Shown piece after piece: positions 49,745-59,208 of a stretch of 64,000 nt of DNA. A program made the position numbers and the translations under genes. The stretch's first letter is position 1; each line of letters opens with the position of its first letter. The notes below the pieces were generated by a model. That model was not told where the DNA came from, did not search any database, and saw nothing but the letters and a program-made list of their open reading frames with translations. This DNA is from an uncultured Pelagibacteraceae bacterium (GTDB lineage Bacteria > Pseudomonadota > Alphaproteobacteria > Pelagibacterales > Pelagibacteraceae): assembly GCA_902573235.1 (NCBI GenBank), contig CACGIZ010000004.1:676-64675 (forward strand), given 5' to 3'.

Positions 49745-51558
49745 TGATTAAAGGTAATTTTATAGACAATTTACCTAAGGTTTATGGAATCTATACAGGT
49801 GGTTTTATAGCTTTCATAATCATTATGTCGATTGCAGAGCAGATGGGTATGACATCGAAAACAATTGGAATTTGTTTCGTTGCTTTCACAGTAGCCATCT
49901 ATGCTATAATTGGTTATCTATCACGTACAGCTCAAGCTGATGCTTATTACGTAGCTGGAAGACAAGTACCAACTGTATTCAACGGTATGGCAACTGCAGC
50001 AGACTGGATGTCTGGTGCATCATTCGTTGCAATGGCAGGAGGTATTTACTTCAAAGGTTACGGATATATGGCGCTACTTGTAGGTTGGACTGGTGGATAT
50101 GTATTAGTTGCATCTTTATTAGCACCTTACTTAAGAAAATTTGGCTGTTACACAGTTCCAGATTTTATAGGTACTAGATACGGTGGTAATTTATCAAGGT
50201 TACTTGCAGTAATAGTTTTAACTGTTGCTTCATTTACTTATGTGACTGCACAAATTAACGCTACAGGTACAATTGCATCTGTTGCTCTTGATATTCCATT
50301 CCAATACGCTGTTTATGTTGGATTAGTAAGTATCTTACTTTGTTCAATGTTAGGTGGTATGAGAGGAGTAACTTGGACACAGGTTGCACAATATATCGTA
50401 CTAATCATAGCTTACTTATTGCCAGTATTCTGGATCAGTAATAAAATGGGTGCGGGTTTCTTCCCACACTTCATGTTAGCTGATGAAGTTTCAAGAATAG
50501 CTGAATTAGAAGCTCAGTTTGGTTTTGTAAAAAACTCTGCTGAAAATCTAAAAGAAGTGCCAAAAGGTTTGGCTGGTATAACTAAAGCTCACTCAGCAGT
50601 GAATGCAACGCCTTGGGCGTTTATTTCATTAGCACTAGCGATGATGATGGGAACAGCTTCATTGCCTCACGTGATGATGAGATATTTCACTACTCCAAGT
50701 GTAAAAGCAGCTAGAAAATCAGTAGGTTGGTCTTTATTCTTTATCTTCCTACTTTATTCTTCTGCTCCAATGTTAGCAACACTATCTAAATTGTCATTAA
50801 TTGATCCATCATTACCAACAGGTATTATTGGTAAATCAATTGCTGAAGTTCAATCGATAGATTGGTATCAAAACTGGAACCAAGCAAACTTAATGTTTGT
50901 AAGCGACTTTAACGGAAATGGAACTCTTGAATTAAATGAGTTTTTCATGGGTGGTAAAGCCGTTGTGTTAGCAACTCCAGAAATAGCTGGATTACCATAC
51001 GTAATCTCAGGTCTAGTTGCTGCTGGAGGTATGGCAGCTGCCATGTCAACAGCTGATGGTTTGATTCTAGCGATTGCAAATGCTTTATCTCATGACTTGT
51101 ATTACAAGATCATTGACCCAAAAGCAGAAACTGCAAAAAGATTAGTTATCGCAAGGGTATTACTTGTGGTAATTGGTTTTGCTGGAGCAACTATCGCAGC
51201 AATGGAGATCCAAGGTATCTTAGGTTCAGTTATCTGGGCTTTTGACTTTGCGATGTCAGGATTGTTCTTCCCACTTGTACTTGGTGTATGGTGGAAGAGA
51301 GCTAACAAAGAAGGTGCTATAGCTGGTATGGCTTTAGGATTAATTTCTGGTGCTGGTTACCTAATATGGGTAAGAAACGGCGGAAGTGGATTCTTAGGTA
51401 TTACGCAGTTAACATTTGGTATCTTTGGTTCAGCTGTAAGTTTAGTATCTATGGTTGTTGTAAGTTTAATGACTTCAGCTCCAAACGCTGCTACGCAAAA
51501 AATGGTTGATGAGGTTCGAGTACCATCAGGTAAATCGATCCTAGGTAAACAACATTAA
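49744..51558 (+). CDS. Sodium:solute symporter, ActP/acetate-permease-like
   Basis: YYVAGR, NGMATAADWMSGASF, GTASLPH, AAAMSTADG; near acs. Confidence 0.92.
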   Translation: MIKGNFIDNLPKVYGIYTGGFIAFIIIMSIAEQMGMTSKTIGICFVAFTVAIYAIIGYLSRTAQADAYYVAGRQVPTVFNGMATAADWMSGASFVAMAGGIYFKGYGYMALLVGWTGGYVLVASLLAPYLRKFGCYTVPDFIGTRYGGNLSRLLAVIVLTVASFTYVTAQINATGTIASVALDIPFQYAVYVGLVSILLCSMLGGMRGVTWTQVAQYIVLIIAYLLPVFWISNKMGAGFFPHFMLADEVSRIAELEAQFGFVKNSAENLKEVPKGLAGITKAHSAVNATPWAFISLALAMMMGTASLPHVMMRYFTTPSVKAARKSVGWSLFFIFLLYSSAPMLATLSKLSLIDPSLPTGIIGKSIAEVQSIDWYQNWNQANLMFVSDFNGNGTLELNEFFMGGKAVVLATPEIAGLPYVISGLVAAGGMAAAMSTADGLILAIANALSHDLYYKIIDPKAETAKRLVIARVLLVVIGFAGATIAAMEIQGILGSVIWAFDFAMSGLFFPLVLGVWWKRANKEGAIAGMALGLISGAGYLIWVRNGGSGFLGITQLTFGIFGSAVSLVSMVVVSLMTSAPNAATQKMVDEVRVPSGKSILGKQH

Positions 51559-51567
51559 ATAATCTTT

Positions 51568-51598
51568 TTAAGGGGGGCGATTAATTTCGCCCCTTTTA
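51568..51598 (+). terminator. Intrinsic terminator after symporter
   Basis: GGGGCGA-TTAATT-TCGCCCC followed by TTTT. Confidence 0.85.
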
Positions 51599-51628
51599 AT
51601 TCATTTCGTTTTCCAATATAAATTCTAA

Positions 51629-51973
51629 ATGTCTGCTAATTTTCATCCTTTGGTCTACATAATTGATTACATTCTTGGTGTAATTATGTGGACACTCATT
51701 GGAAGAGTGGCAATGAATATTTTTCAAAGAGAGGACTCTCAATTTTTCTTCATGAAAGTATTTGTTAAATTTACAAATCCACTACTAAGGATATTTAAAC
51801 CTTTAACCCCTACTTTCATAATTCAACCGTTGGTACCATTATATGTAGCATGGTTTTTCTTTATGATTAGATTTTACTTAATGCCTTGGGTTTTAGGTTA
51901 TTCCGTAATGGGCATGTTGTCTTTTCCTTTGGAAAGTGAAATTTCTAGACAAATTTACCAATTTTTTAATTAA
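51629..51973 (+). CDS. YggT-like membrane protein
   Basis: MWTLIGR, FTNPLL, LTP pattern; hydrophobic. Confidence 0.6.
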   Translation: MSANFHPLVYIIDYILGVIMWTLIGRVAMNIFQREDSQFFFMKVFVKFTNPLLRIFKPLTPTFIIQPLVPLYVAWFFFMIRFYLMPWVLGYSVMGMLSFPLESEISRQIYQFFN

Positions 51974-52011
51974 ATAAATTTTAAAAATTGATACTAATAA
52001 AACTAGTATCA

Positions 52012-52671
52012 ATGAAAAAAATACAAATTTCACCCTCAATATTATCAGCTGACTTTAGTCAACTAGGAAATGAGATTAAAAGACTAGAGGAAGGTGGAGC
52101 AGATATGATACACGTGGACGTCATGGATGGTCATTTTGTTCCTAATCTAACTATTGGTCCTCCTGTGATTAAGTCATTAAAAAAAAAATCCTCAATAATA
52201 TTTGATGTTCACTTGATGATTTCACCAGTGCATAAGTACATAGAAGCCTATTCGGACGCAGGTGCTGATATAATCACTATTCATCCAGAAGCTACAGATG
52301 ACCTTAAAAGTTCAATTTCAAAAATAAAAGAATTAAATAAAAAAGTTGGGGTTTCTCTCAATCCAGAAACAAAAGTTGATATAATAACTAAATTTTTAGA
52401 TGAAATAGATTTGGTTCTCATAATGAGTGTAAACCCTGGGTTTGGTGGACAGAAATTTATGCCAGAAGTTTTGACTAAAATAAAAGATTTAAAAAAAATT
52501 CAAGAGGAAAGAAAATTAAATTTTGATATTGAAATTGATGGTGGGATAAATTTTGAAAATTCTAAGGATGCAATCAAAGCTGGTGCTAATATATTGGTTT
52601 CTGGCACTACAATTTTTAAAAGTAATAATGGAGATATTAAAAAAAATATTGAATTATTAAAATCAAAATAA
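52012..52671 (+). CDS. rpe: Ribulose-phosphate 3-epimerase
   Basis: SPSILSADF, HVDVMDGHFVPN, MSVNPGFGGQ, IDGGIN; ATG 52012. Confidence 0.97.
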   Translation: MKKIQISPSILSADFSQLGNEIKRLEEGGADMIHVDVMDGHFVPNLTIGPPVIKSLKKKSSIIFDVHLMISPVHKYIEAYSDAGADIITIHPEATDDLKSSISKIKELNKKVGVSLNPETKVDIITKFLDEIDLVLIMSVNPGFGGQKFMPEVLTKIKDLKKIQEERKLNFDIEIDGGINFENSKDAIKAGANILVSGTTIFKSNNGDIKKNIELLKSK

Positions 52672-52675
52672 TTCC

Positions 52676-54286
52676 ATGATTTATATAAATCGTTTTTTTT
52701 TAAATGCTTTTAATCAATTAAGAAATTTTTATTTAAATTCAAATTTTTATGATCAGAAAATCTCAAAAACAGAAAATAGAGATTTAATTTATAAACCTAG
52801 CCCATATCTTCTTTCATCACTGATTAAATATCAGAAGAAAAAATTTAAAATAGACGATTACTCATTGGACGATGTATGGAATGATAAGAATTTAAGCACT
52901 AAAGAATACAAAAATCTTAATAGTTTTTTTTGGTTTTTCAGCTTAGATTTAAAGTCTTCAAAAAAAACCACACAATCAATCATCACAAATTGGATAAATA
53001 ATAATAAAAAATTTCAAAAAAAAAGTTGGGATTTTGATTTAACAGCAAAAAGAATAATTGCTTGGCTATCATCTTATAATCTTACCTATGAAGAAAGTGA
53101 TCAAAATTATAGAAATATATTTAACAAATTTATTCAAAAACAAACTAATCACTTGATCAGTGAAATCAATAGATCAAAGGACGTTGAAGACAAATTGATT
53201 GGATGTGCATCAATAATCTTATCAGGTCTTTGTTATAAGAATGAAAAAAACTATATAACTTTTGGATCAAACTTACTAAAAAAAATATCTAAAGTTGCGT
53301 TAGATACTAATGGTTTTCCTAGATCTAGGAATATTAAACAACTAATCTTTTATCTAAAGTATTTTATTTTAGTAAAAGAGTGGTTCAAAGAATCTCAAAC
53401 GGACATTCCAGAACATATTGAGGAAACTATCTATCTTTTGGGTCAAGGTTATGCATTTGCATGGCAAAATATCGGTAGTGACTTATTATTTAACGGAAAT
53501 AACAATTCAGACAATAAAGAGTTTGATAATTACTTGAAACGCTTGGGTTATAAATTTAAAAATGAAAACTTTGATTTTGGAGGATATGCAATATTGAGAA
53601 ATAAAAAGATTAGTTTAATCATGGATATCGGATCAACGCCTAATTCTAAATACACTGAAGAATATCAATCAGGAGCATTGTCTTTTGAAATAATTACTAA
53701 TGGAAAAAAATTAATCAGTAATTGTGGATACTTTTATAATAATAATTCCAAATTTAACAAATTATCAAAATCTACGGCAACCCAGAGCACATTAGTCATT
53801 GATGATAACTCATCATGTAAATTCATTAATGTTAATAAGTCATGGTTGGTAAACAAAGGTTTAAAAATAATTAAAAAAAATACTGTTTTTGAAAAAAATT
53901 ACTGGAAAATAAATTGTTCGCATGATGGATATTTAAAAAAATATAACTCAATACATGAGAGAGAAATTGAATTTTACCCTGAAAAGATGAAGTTTATTGG
54001 GATGGACAAAATAATAAAAAAAAAGATAAATCATAATTATAGATTTGATGTAAGATTTCACTTAGAACCAGGAGTAAAATTAATGAAGACACAAGATAAT
54101 AAAAGTATTTTAATTGAATTAAGTGATGAAGGATGGAAATTTACATGTGAGAATTTTGATATAAATATTGATAATGGTTTGTATTTTGGTAATAAAAGTT
54201 CATATACCGAAAATCAAAACATTTTTATATCTGGAATTTCTAACAACCAAACTGAAAATATCAAATGGGAAATTAATAAAATATAA
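52676..54286 (+). CDS. Heparinase II/III family protein
   Basis: GALSFE, SNCG, SHDGY, RFHLEP; usual alphaproteobacterial position before purH. Confidence 0.8.
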   Translation: MIYINRFFLNAFNQLRNFYLNSNFYDQKISKTENRDLIYKPSPYLLSSLIKYQKKKFKIDDYSLDDVWNDKNLSTKEYKNLNSFFWFFSLDLKSSKKTTQSIITNWINNNKKFQKKSWDFDLTAKRIIAWLSSYNLTYEESDQNYRNIFNKFIQKQTNHLISEINRSKDVEDKLIGCASIILSGLCYKNEKNYITFGSNLLKKISKVALDTNGFPRSRNIKQLIFYLKYFILVKEWFKESQTDIPEHIEETIYLLGQGYAFAWQNIGSDLLFNGNNNSDNKEFDNYLKRLGYKFKNENFDFGGYAILRNKKISLIMDIGSTPNSKYTEEYQSGALSFEIITNGKKLISNCGYFYNNNSKFNKLSKSTATQSTLVIDDNSSCKFINVNKSWLVNKGLKIIKKNTVFEKNYWKINCSHDGYLKKYNSIHEREIEFYPEKMKFIGMDKIIKKKINHNYRFDVRFHLEPGVKLMKTQDNKSILIELSDEGWKFTCENFDINIDNGLYFGNKSSYTENQNIFISGISNNQTENIKWEINKI

Positions 54287-55821
54287 TGAGAAGAATTAAA
54301 AGAGCACTAATATCAGTGTCAGATAAATCTAACTTAAAGCCTCTTTTACAAGTACTCCAAAAAAATAAAATCGAATTGATTAGTTCAGGTGGTACTTTTA
54401 AAATTATAAAAAAACTAAAGTTTAAATGTGTTGAGGTATCAGAATTCACTGGTTTTAATGAAATTCTTGATGGAAGAGTAAAAACCTTACATCCTAAAAT
54501 ACATGCTGGCATTTTGAATAAAAGAAAAAATAAATCTCATTTGCAAGATCTCAAAAATAATAAATTCGAAAATATAGACTTGGTTGTAGTAAATTTCTAT
54601 CAATTTGAAAAAACTTTAGAACAAACAAAAAATCATGATAAGATTATTGAAAATATTGATATTGGTGGGCCTTCATTGATTAGAGCTGCAGCAAAAAATT
54701 ATAATGATGTCACTGTAATAACATCAACAAATCAATATTCAGAGCTTATTAATGAGCTTAGGAAAAATAGTGGTGGGACATCTTTAAATTTCAGAAAAAG
54801 AATGTCACAATCAGCTTTTGCTGAAACAGCTTATTATGATGCTTTAATATCTGATTATTTTAATAAAATTTCTAATATTTCTTTCCCTCAAAAAAAAATT
54901 ATTTACGGATCATTAGTTGAGAAATTAAGATATGGAGAAAATCCCCATCAAGAAAGCGCAATTTACTCTAAAAATAGAGATTTTGGCATAAACAAAATTC
55001 ATGGGAAACAACTTAGTTATAATAATTACAACGATATATTCGCAGCTTTAAATATTTCAAAAACACTACCGAGAAATACAGGTACTGTGATTGTCAAACA
55101 CGCAAACCCATGCGGAGTATCGATACTTAAAGATAAAATTGAAAGTTATAAAAATGCATTAAGATGTGATCCAATAAGTGCTTTTGGTGGTATTGTTGCA
55201 TGTAATTTTAGAATTAATAAAAAAATTGCTTCAGAATTAAATAAGATATTTCTTGAGGTAATAATTGGTAATGGCTTTGAAAAAGATGCTCTCAAAATAC
55301 TTAAATCAAAGAGAAATATAAGATTAATTGATGCTACTAAGTTTAATTTGAATGAAATTTTAAAATTCAATTCATTGAATAACTCAATATTATTACAGTC
55401 AGAAGATAAAAAAATATTTTCAAAAAGTAATTTTAAAATCGTTTCAAAAAGAAAACCTAACAAATCTTTATTTAATAATTTAGTATTTGCATTTCATGTT
55501 TGTCGTTATGTTAAATCTAATGCTATTGTTTTAGCTAGTAACAAAAGTACTATGGGAATTGGTTCGGGGCAACCTAGCAGACTTGATAGTTGTCAGATTG
55601 CAATTAATAAGATGAATAAATTTTTTAATGAAAAAAATGAGGTAGTTGCAGCCTCAGACGCTTTTTTTCCTTTTGTTGATGGTATAGAAAAACTTGTACA
55701 ATCTGGAATTTCTGCAGTCATCCAGCCTGCAGGCTCAATTAGAGATAAGGAGATTATCAAATATGCAAACGCTACCGATACTGTTTTAGTTTTTTCTAAA
55801 TCAAGACACTTTAGACATTAA
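54286..55821 (+). CDS. purH: Bifunctional AICAR transformylase/IMP cyclohydrolase
   Basis: RALISVSDK, GRVKTLHP, IDIGGP, LRYGENPHQ, KHANPCG, SDAFFPF. Confidence 0.97.
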   Translation: MRRIKRALISVSDKSNLKPLLQVLQKNKIELISSGGTFKIIKKLKFKCVEVSEFTGFNEILDGRVKTLHPKIHAGILNKRKNKSHLQDLKNNKFENIDLVVVNFYQFEKTLEQTKNHDKIIENIDIGGPSLIRAAAKNYNDVTVITSTNQYSELINELRKNSGGTSLNFRKRMSQSAFAETAYYDALISDYFNKISNISFPQKKIIYGSLVEKLRYGENPHQESAIYSKNRDFGINKIHGKQLSYNNYNDIFAALNISKTLPRNTGTVIVKHANPCGVSILKDKIESYKNALRCDPISAFGGIVACNFRINKKIASELNKIFLEVIIGNGFEKDALKILKSKRNIRLIDATKFNLNEILKFNSLNNSILLQSEDKKIFSKSNFKIVSKRKPNKSLFNNLVFAFHVCRYVKSNAIVLASNKSTMGIGSGQPSRLDSCQIAINKMNKFFNEKNEVVAASDAFFPFVDGIEKLVQSGISAVIQPAGSIRDKEIIKYANATDTVLVFSKSRHFRH

Positions 55822-56152
55822 TTTGATCAATTTTCGCTGCTAAAATAAAATCATTTTCAGATAGCCCTTTAATTGCATGGGTAGTGATATTTATTTTTGC
55901 ATAACCCCAACCAAATGAAATATCTGGGTGATGACCTTCCAGCTCTGCGATTTTACCTACTTCATTTATAAACTCTTGACTTTTTAGAAAATTTTTAAAA
56001 GTAAAATTTTTTTCCAATGCATAGATTTCATTTTTTTTTTTGACAACGTCCCAACCATCAACTTTCTTTTGATATTTATGAATTTCAGATATATCAAAAG
56101 CTGATACTCCACCTTCACATGGCTCACATTTTTTGTTTAATAAATCAGACAT
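55811..56152 (-). CDS. Pterin-4a-carbinolamine dehydratase
   Basis: CEPCEGG, HHPDI, THAIKGLSENDFILAAKID; ATG 56152. Confidence 0.93.
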   Translation of the reverse strand: MSDLLNKKCEPCEGGVSAFDISEIHKYQKKVDGWDVVKKKNEIYALEKNFTFKNFLKSQEFINEVGKIAELEGHHPDISFGWGYAKINITTHAIKGLSENDFILAAKIDQINV

Positions 56153-57290
56153 TTTTATCAATAAGTATATTATATAATTTTTTTACAGAACAGTACCATG
56201 TAAAATTTTTTTCAATAAATTTAGAAACCTCTAAACCTCCATAATCTTTCGGATTTTTCATAATCAATAAAATACATTCCACAATAGAATCTATATTTGG
56301 TCTCAAACTTGTTAAATTACCATCATTAATTACCTTGCTATCTATTTGTAATCCAAATTTAGGATTAAAATAATCATCAGTAGACCCCCCTTTTGTGACT
56401 ATTATTGGAGTTCCACTCGCTGCTGCTTCTAACGGTGTTAAGTTAAACCCCTCAGCTTTGTAAGGAGATACATAACAATCTGTTATATTATACAATTCAT
56501 TTAAGGTTGATAAATCCATATTTTTTGAAATAAAGAAAATATTATTTATTACATCTTCATTAATTAAAGGACCATATTTAGTGTTTTTTAATTTTTTTAG
56601 ATAATTTTCAGCTTTTACATTATACAAATTACTTTGGTCTTTTAATATCATCTTAATATTTTTTTTCTTTTTTCTAATAATAGCAAAAGCAGCTAATAAA
56701 TAATCGATCCCTTTATTCTCAGTCATTGCACCTATATTAGAAATAATAAAATCTTCTTTTTTAATTCCTAATTTTTCTCTGATTTTTTTTTTTCTATCAT
56801 CATCAATTATCTTAAAAATATTACTTTCAACACCACACGGAACTACTTTTACTTTGGAAGGCTCAAAACCAGCTTTGATAAATCCTTCTTTTGACCAATT
56901 CGATGAAGTAATTATAAAAAAATTTTCTCTTTTATTTTCTTTTATAGGATCACCATTTATATAATGTCCTTTGATATTTTGATATTCGGATGTGCCAAAA
57001 ATAAATAGTTTTTTTGATGTAGTTTGTTTAAAATTATACGGAAAAGTTATTCTATAGGTAATATCAAAAATTTCATCTTTTTCTGGAATTTTAATTCCAT
57101 TAATTAGATTATTATCTTCTATTGAAAAACCATTACTATTTTGTTTTTCATTCCAGTTTTTATTAAAAAATGAGATATCTTTATGTTTTAATTCAATAGG
57201 ATATTTTGATAACTCAATTAGTTGTCTCTGATTAACCATTGCGTATGAATGATTTATTCCTCTCCATCCTTCTACACAAATTTTAATCAT
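56145..57290 (-). CDS. Glycosyltransferase family 4 (GT-B)
   Basis: NKGID, YVSPYKAEGFNLTPLEAAASG (ExF..E motif). Confidence 0.9.
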   Translation of the reverse strand: MIKICVEGWRGINHSYAMVNQRQLIELSKYPIELKHKDISFFNKNWNEKQNSNGFSIEDNNLINGIKIPEKDEIFDITYRITFPYNFKQTTSKKLFIFGTSEYQNIKGHYINGDPIKENKRENFFIITSSNWSKEGFIKAGFEPSKVKVVPCGVESNIFKIIDDDRKKKIREKLGIKKEDFIISNIGAMTENKGIDYLLAAFAIIRKKKKNIKMILKDQSNLYNVKAENYLKKLKNTKYGPLINEDVINNIFFISKNMDLSTLNELYNITDCYVSPYKAEGFNLTPLEAAASGTPIIVTKGGSTDDYFNPKFGLQIDSKVINDGNLTSLRPNIDSIVECILLIMKNPKDYGGLEVSKFIEKNFTWYCSVKKLYNILIDKNV

Positions 57291-57297
57291 TCATTTT

Positions 57298-57372
57298 TGG
57301 AGCGGGCAAAGGGGGTCGAACCCTCGACCTTCTCGTTGGCAACGAGACGCTCTACCACTGAGCTATGCCCGC
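57298..57372 (-). tRNA. tRNA-Gly (GCC)
   Basis: GCGGGCATAGCTCAGTGGTAGAGC...CTCGT TGCCA ACGAG...GGTTCGACCCC...GCCCGCTCCA; cloverleaf, anticodon GCC, encoded CCA. Confidence 0.97.
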
Positions 57373-57383
57373 ATATTAATTAG

Positions 57384-57412
57384 AGTATAGTTAGTCATTT
57401 TTTTTAATTCAA
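57384..57412 (-). promoter_or_regulatory. Sigma70 promoter of tRNA-Gly
   Basis: TTGAAT-N17-TATACT on minus strand, 11 nt before the tRNA 5' end. Confidence 0.7.
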
Positions 57413-57440
57413 GCAATATAAAATATGTTATATTTTAATT

Positions 57441-58088
57441 ATGAATAAAGACAATTTACCAAAAAAATTACCAGTTTTTCCATTAAGTAACTTTATAATT
57501 TTTCCAAAAACAACTGTTCCACTAAATATTTTTGAAACAAGATATGTTGAAATGATAAATGACAGTATGAAGTCAAATAAATTAATAGGAATGATCCAAC
57601 CTAGAGTTTTAAATAATCAAGATGATTTTCCCCCTGAACTATATCAGGTTGGATGTATGGGAAAAATTACTAGCTTTAAAGAAACTGAGGATGGCAGATA
57701 TCTGATAGATTTAAAAGGTATAATACGTTTTAGAATCATGGAGGAGATAAATTCTGATAAAAAATACCGTGAATGTAAAATAGATTTTCAAAATTTTTAT
57801 GATGATCTAGAAAATAAAAAGGAAGAACTTAAATTTTCAGACTTAGAGTTAATTTTCAAAGATCTTAAAACTCTTTTTGAAAGAAGAGGATTTATAATAA
57901 ACTGGAAAGGATTAGAAAAACAAAGCCTAGACGAAACTATCAATGCACTTGCTATGGCATCACCGTTCACTTTAGAGGAAAAGCAAGTTTTACTGGAAGC
58001 AAAAGACTTAAAAATAAGAAAGACTAAAATTGCTGAAATATTAACAACATATACATTTGATCAATTTAACAATACTACAATCCAATAA
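57441..58088 (+). CDS. LON peptidase substrate-binding-domain protein
   Basis: LPVFPL, PLNIFETRY, IGMIQP, EEKQVLLEA; no AAA domain. Confidence 0.9.
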   Translation: MNKDNLPKKLPVFPLSNFIIFPKTTVPLNIFETRYVEMINDSMKSNKLIGMIQPRVLNNQDDFPPELYQVGCMGKITSFKETEDGRYLIDLKGIIRFRIMEEINSDKKYRECKIDFQNFYDDLENKKEELKFSDLELIFKDLKTLFERRGFIINWKGLEKQSLDETINALAMASPFTLEEKQVLLEAKDLKIRKTKIAEILTTYTFDQFNNTTIQ

Positions 58089-58089
58089 A

Positions 58090-59145
58090 TTAAATCACTA
58101 TTCCATCATCAGCTAATTTAGTAAAAAGTTTGCCAAAGTTTTTATTTTTATTCATTAGCCTTAAAGATTTACTTAAAATATTTGTATTAATTTTACTTTC
58201 AAACTTAAAAGTTTCATAAATTAAATCTATTCCATTTGAGAATAAATAATTGATATGTTTAGTTTTTTTTTCAAAAGAAGAGCATATAGAACTATCTAAA
58301 TCTAATCCATTTTCCTTTTTTGATTTAATTAATTCTAATAATTTTTTAATATCTCTTAAAGACATATTAAATCCTTGTCCTGCTAATGGATGTAACTTGT
58401 GTAATAAATCTCCAAAAGCTAAAATATTTTTATGAGAGTAAGATCTTAAACTAAAAAATTTTAATTTCGAAACGCTTATTTTTCCAATTTTATTTATTTG
58501 ATAGCCAACATTATATTTTTCAATTTCATTCTTTAAATCGATTTTTTCATTACCATTAAAAGAATAAACAACTGAGGTTGATTCATCAGAAATAGGTAAA
58601 AAAGCTAAAGGACCATGTTTTGTAAAAATTTGAGATGCAATATAATTGTCTTTTACCTTTTTATGTTTAATCGTTGTTGTATAAGCAAAACTCTTATAAT
58701 CTTTGTAAAATTTTTTAAAAAAAAATTTCTTTGTCAAATTATTTGAAAAATCACAATTAATTATAAGTTTATATTGATCAATTTTAAATTTACTTTTAAA
58801 GTTTAAAAATTTACTTTTTTCAATTTTCTGAAATAACAAGTCATACAATTTGTAATTTTTAATTGTTGAAAAAAGTTTCTGATTATTTTTAAAATCCAAG
58901 ATCTTCTTATTTTCAAAATTTTCACTTAAAATTTCAATTTTTTTTATATCCCAAAGTAATTTATCAATATTCACAATATCTTTATTAAAGAATGTAATAT
59001 TACTCTTTGAAATACCTAATGAACGCTCCTTATCATAGATTACTTTTTTTTTTCTTGAAATGATGTCAACAAATATATCCTCATTTATTAAAGCTTTAGC
59101 TAAAGCGAGACTAACTAATCCATTACCCAATATGCAAACTTTCAT
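58090..59145 (-). CDS. UbiH/UbiF-family FAD-dependent hydroxylase (divergent)
   Basis: GPLAFLP, GDLLHKLHPLAGQGFNMSLRD; divergent from ftsK; ATG 59145. Confidence 0.85.
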   Translation of the reverse strand: MKVCILGNGLVSLALAKALINEDIFVDIISRKKKVIYDKERSLGISKSNITFFNKDIVNIDKLLWDIKKIEILSENFENKKILDFKNNQKLFSTIKNYKLYDLLFQKIEKSKFLNFKSKFKIDQYKLIINCDFSNNLTKKFFFKKFYKDYKSFAYTTTIKHKKVKDNYIASQIFTKHGPLAFLPISDESTSVVYSFNGNEKIDLKNEIEKYNVGYQINKIGKISVSKLKFFSLRSYSHKNILAFGDLLHKLHPLAGQGFNMSLRDIKKLLELIKSKKENGLDLDSSICSSFEKKTKHINYLFSNGIDLIYETFKFESKINTNILSKSLRLMNKNKNFGKLFTKLADDGIVI

Positions 59146-59208
59146 AATAATTTTTAATTTTAACAACAAAAATTAGATGATACAAAGTGGTAAATTTGAT
59201 TCATATTT

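Noticed and set aside
55811-57372. Prophage or integrative element at tRNA-Gly
   Set aside because: No integrase, phage genes or att duplication seen
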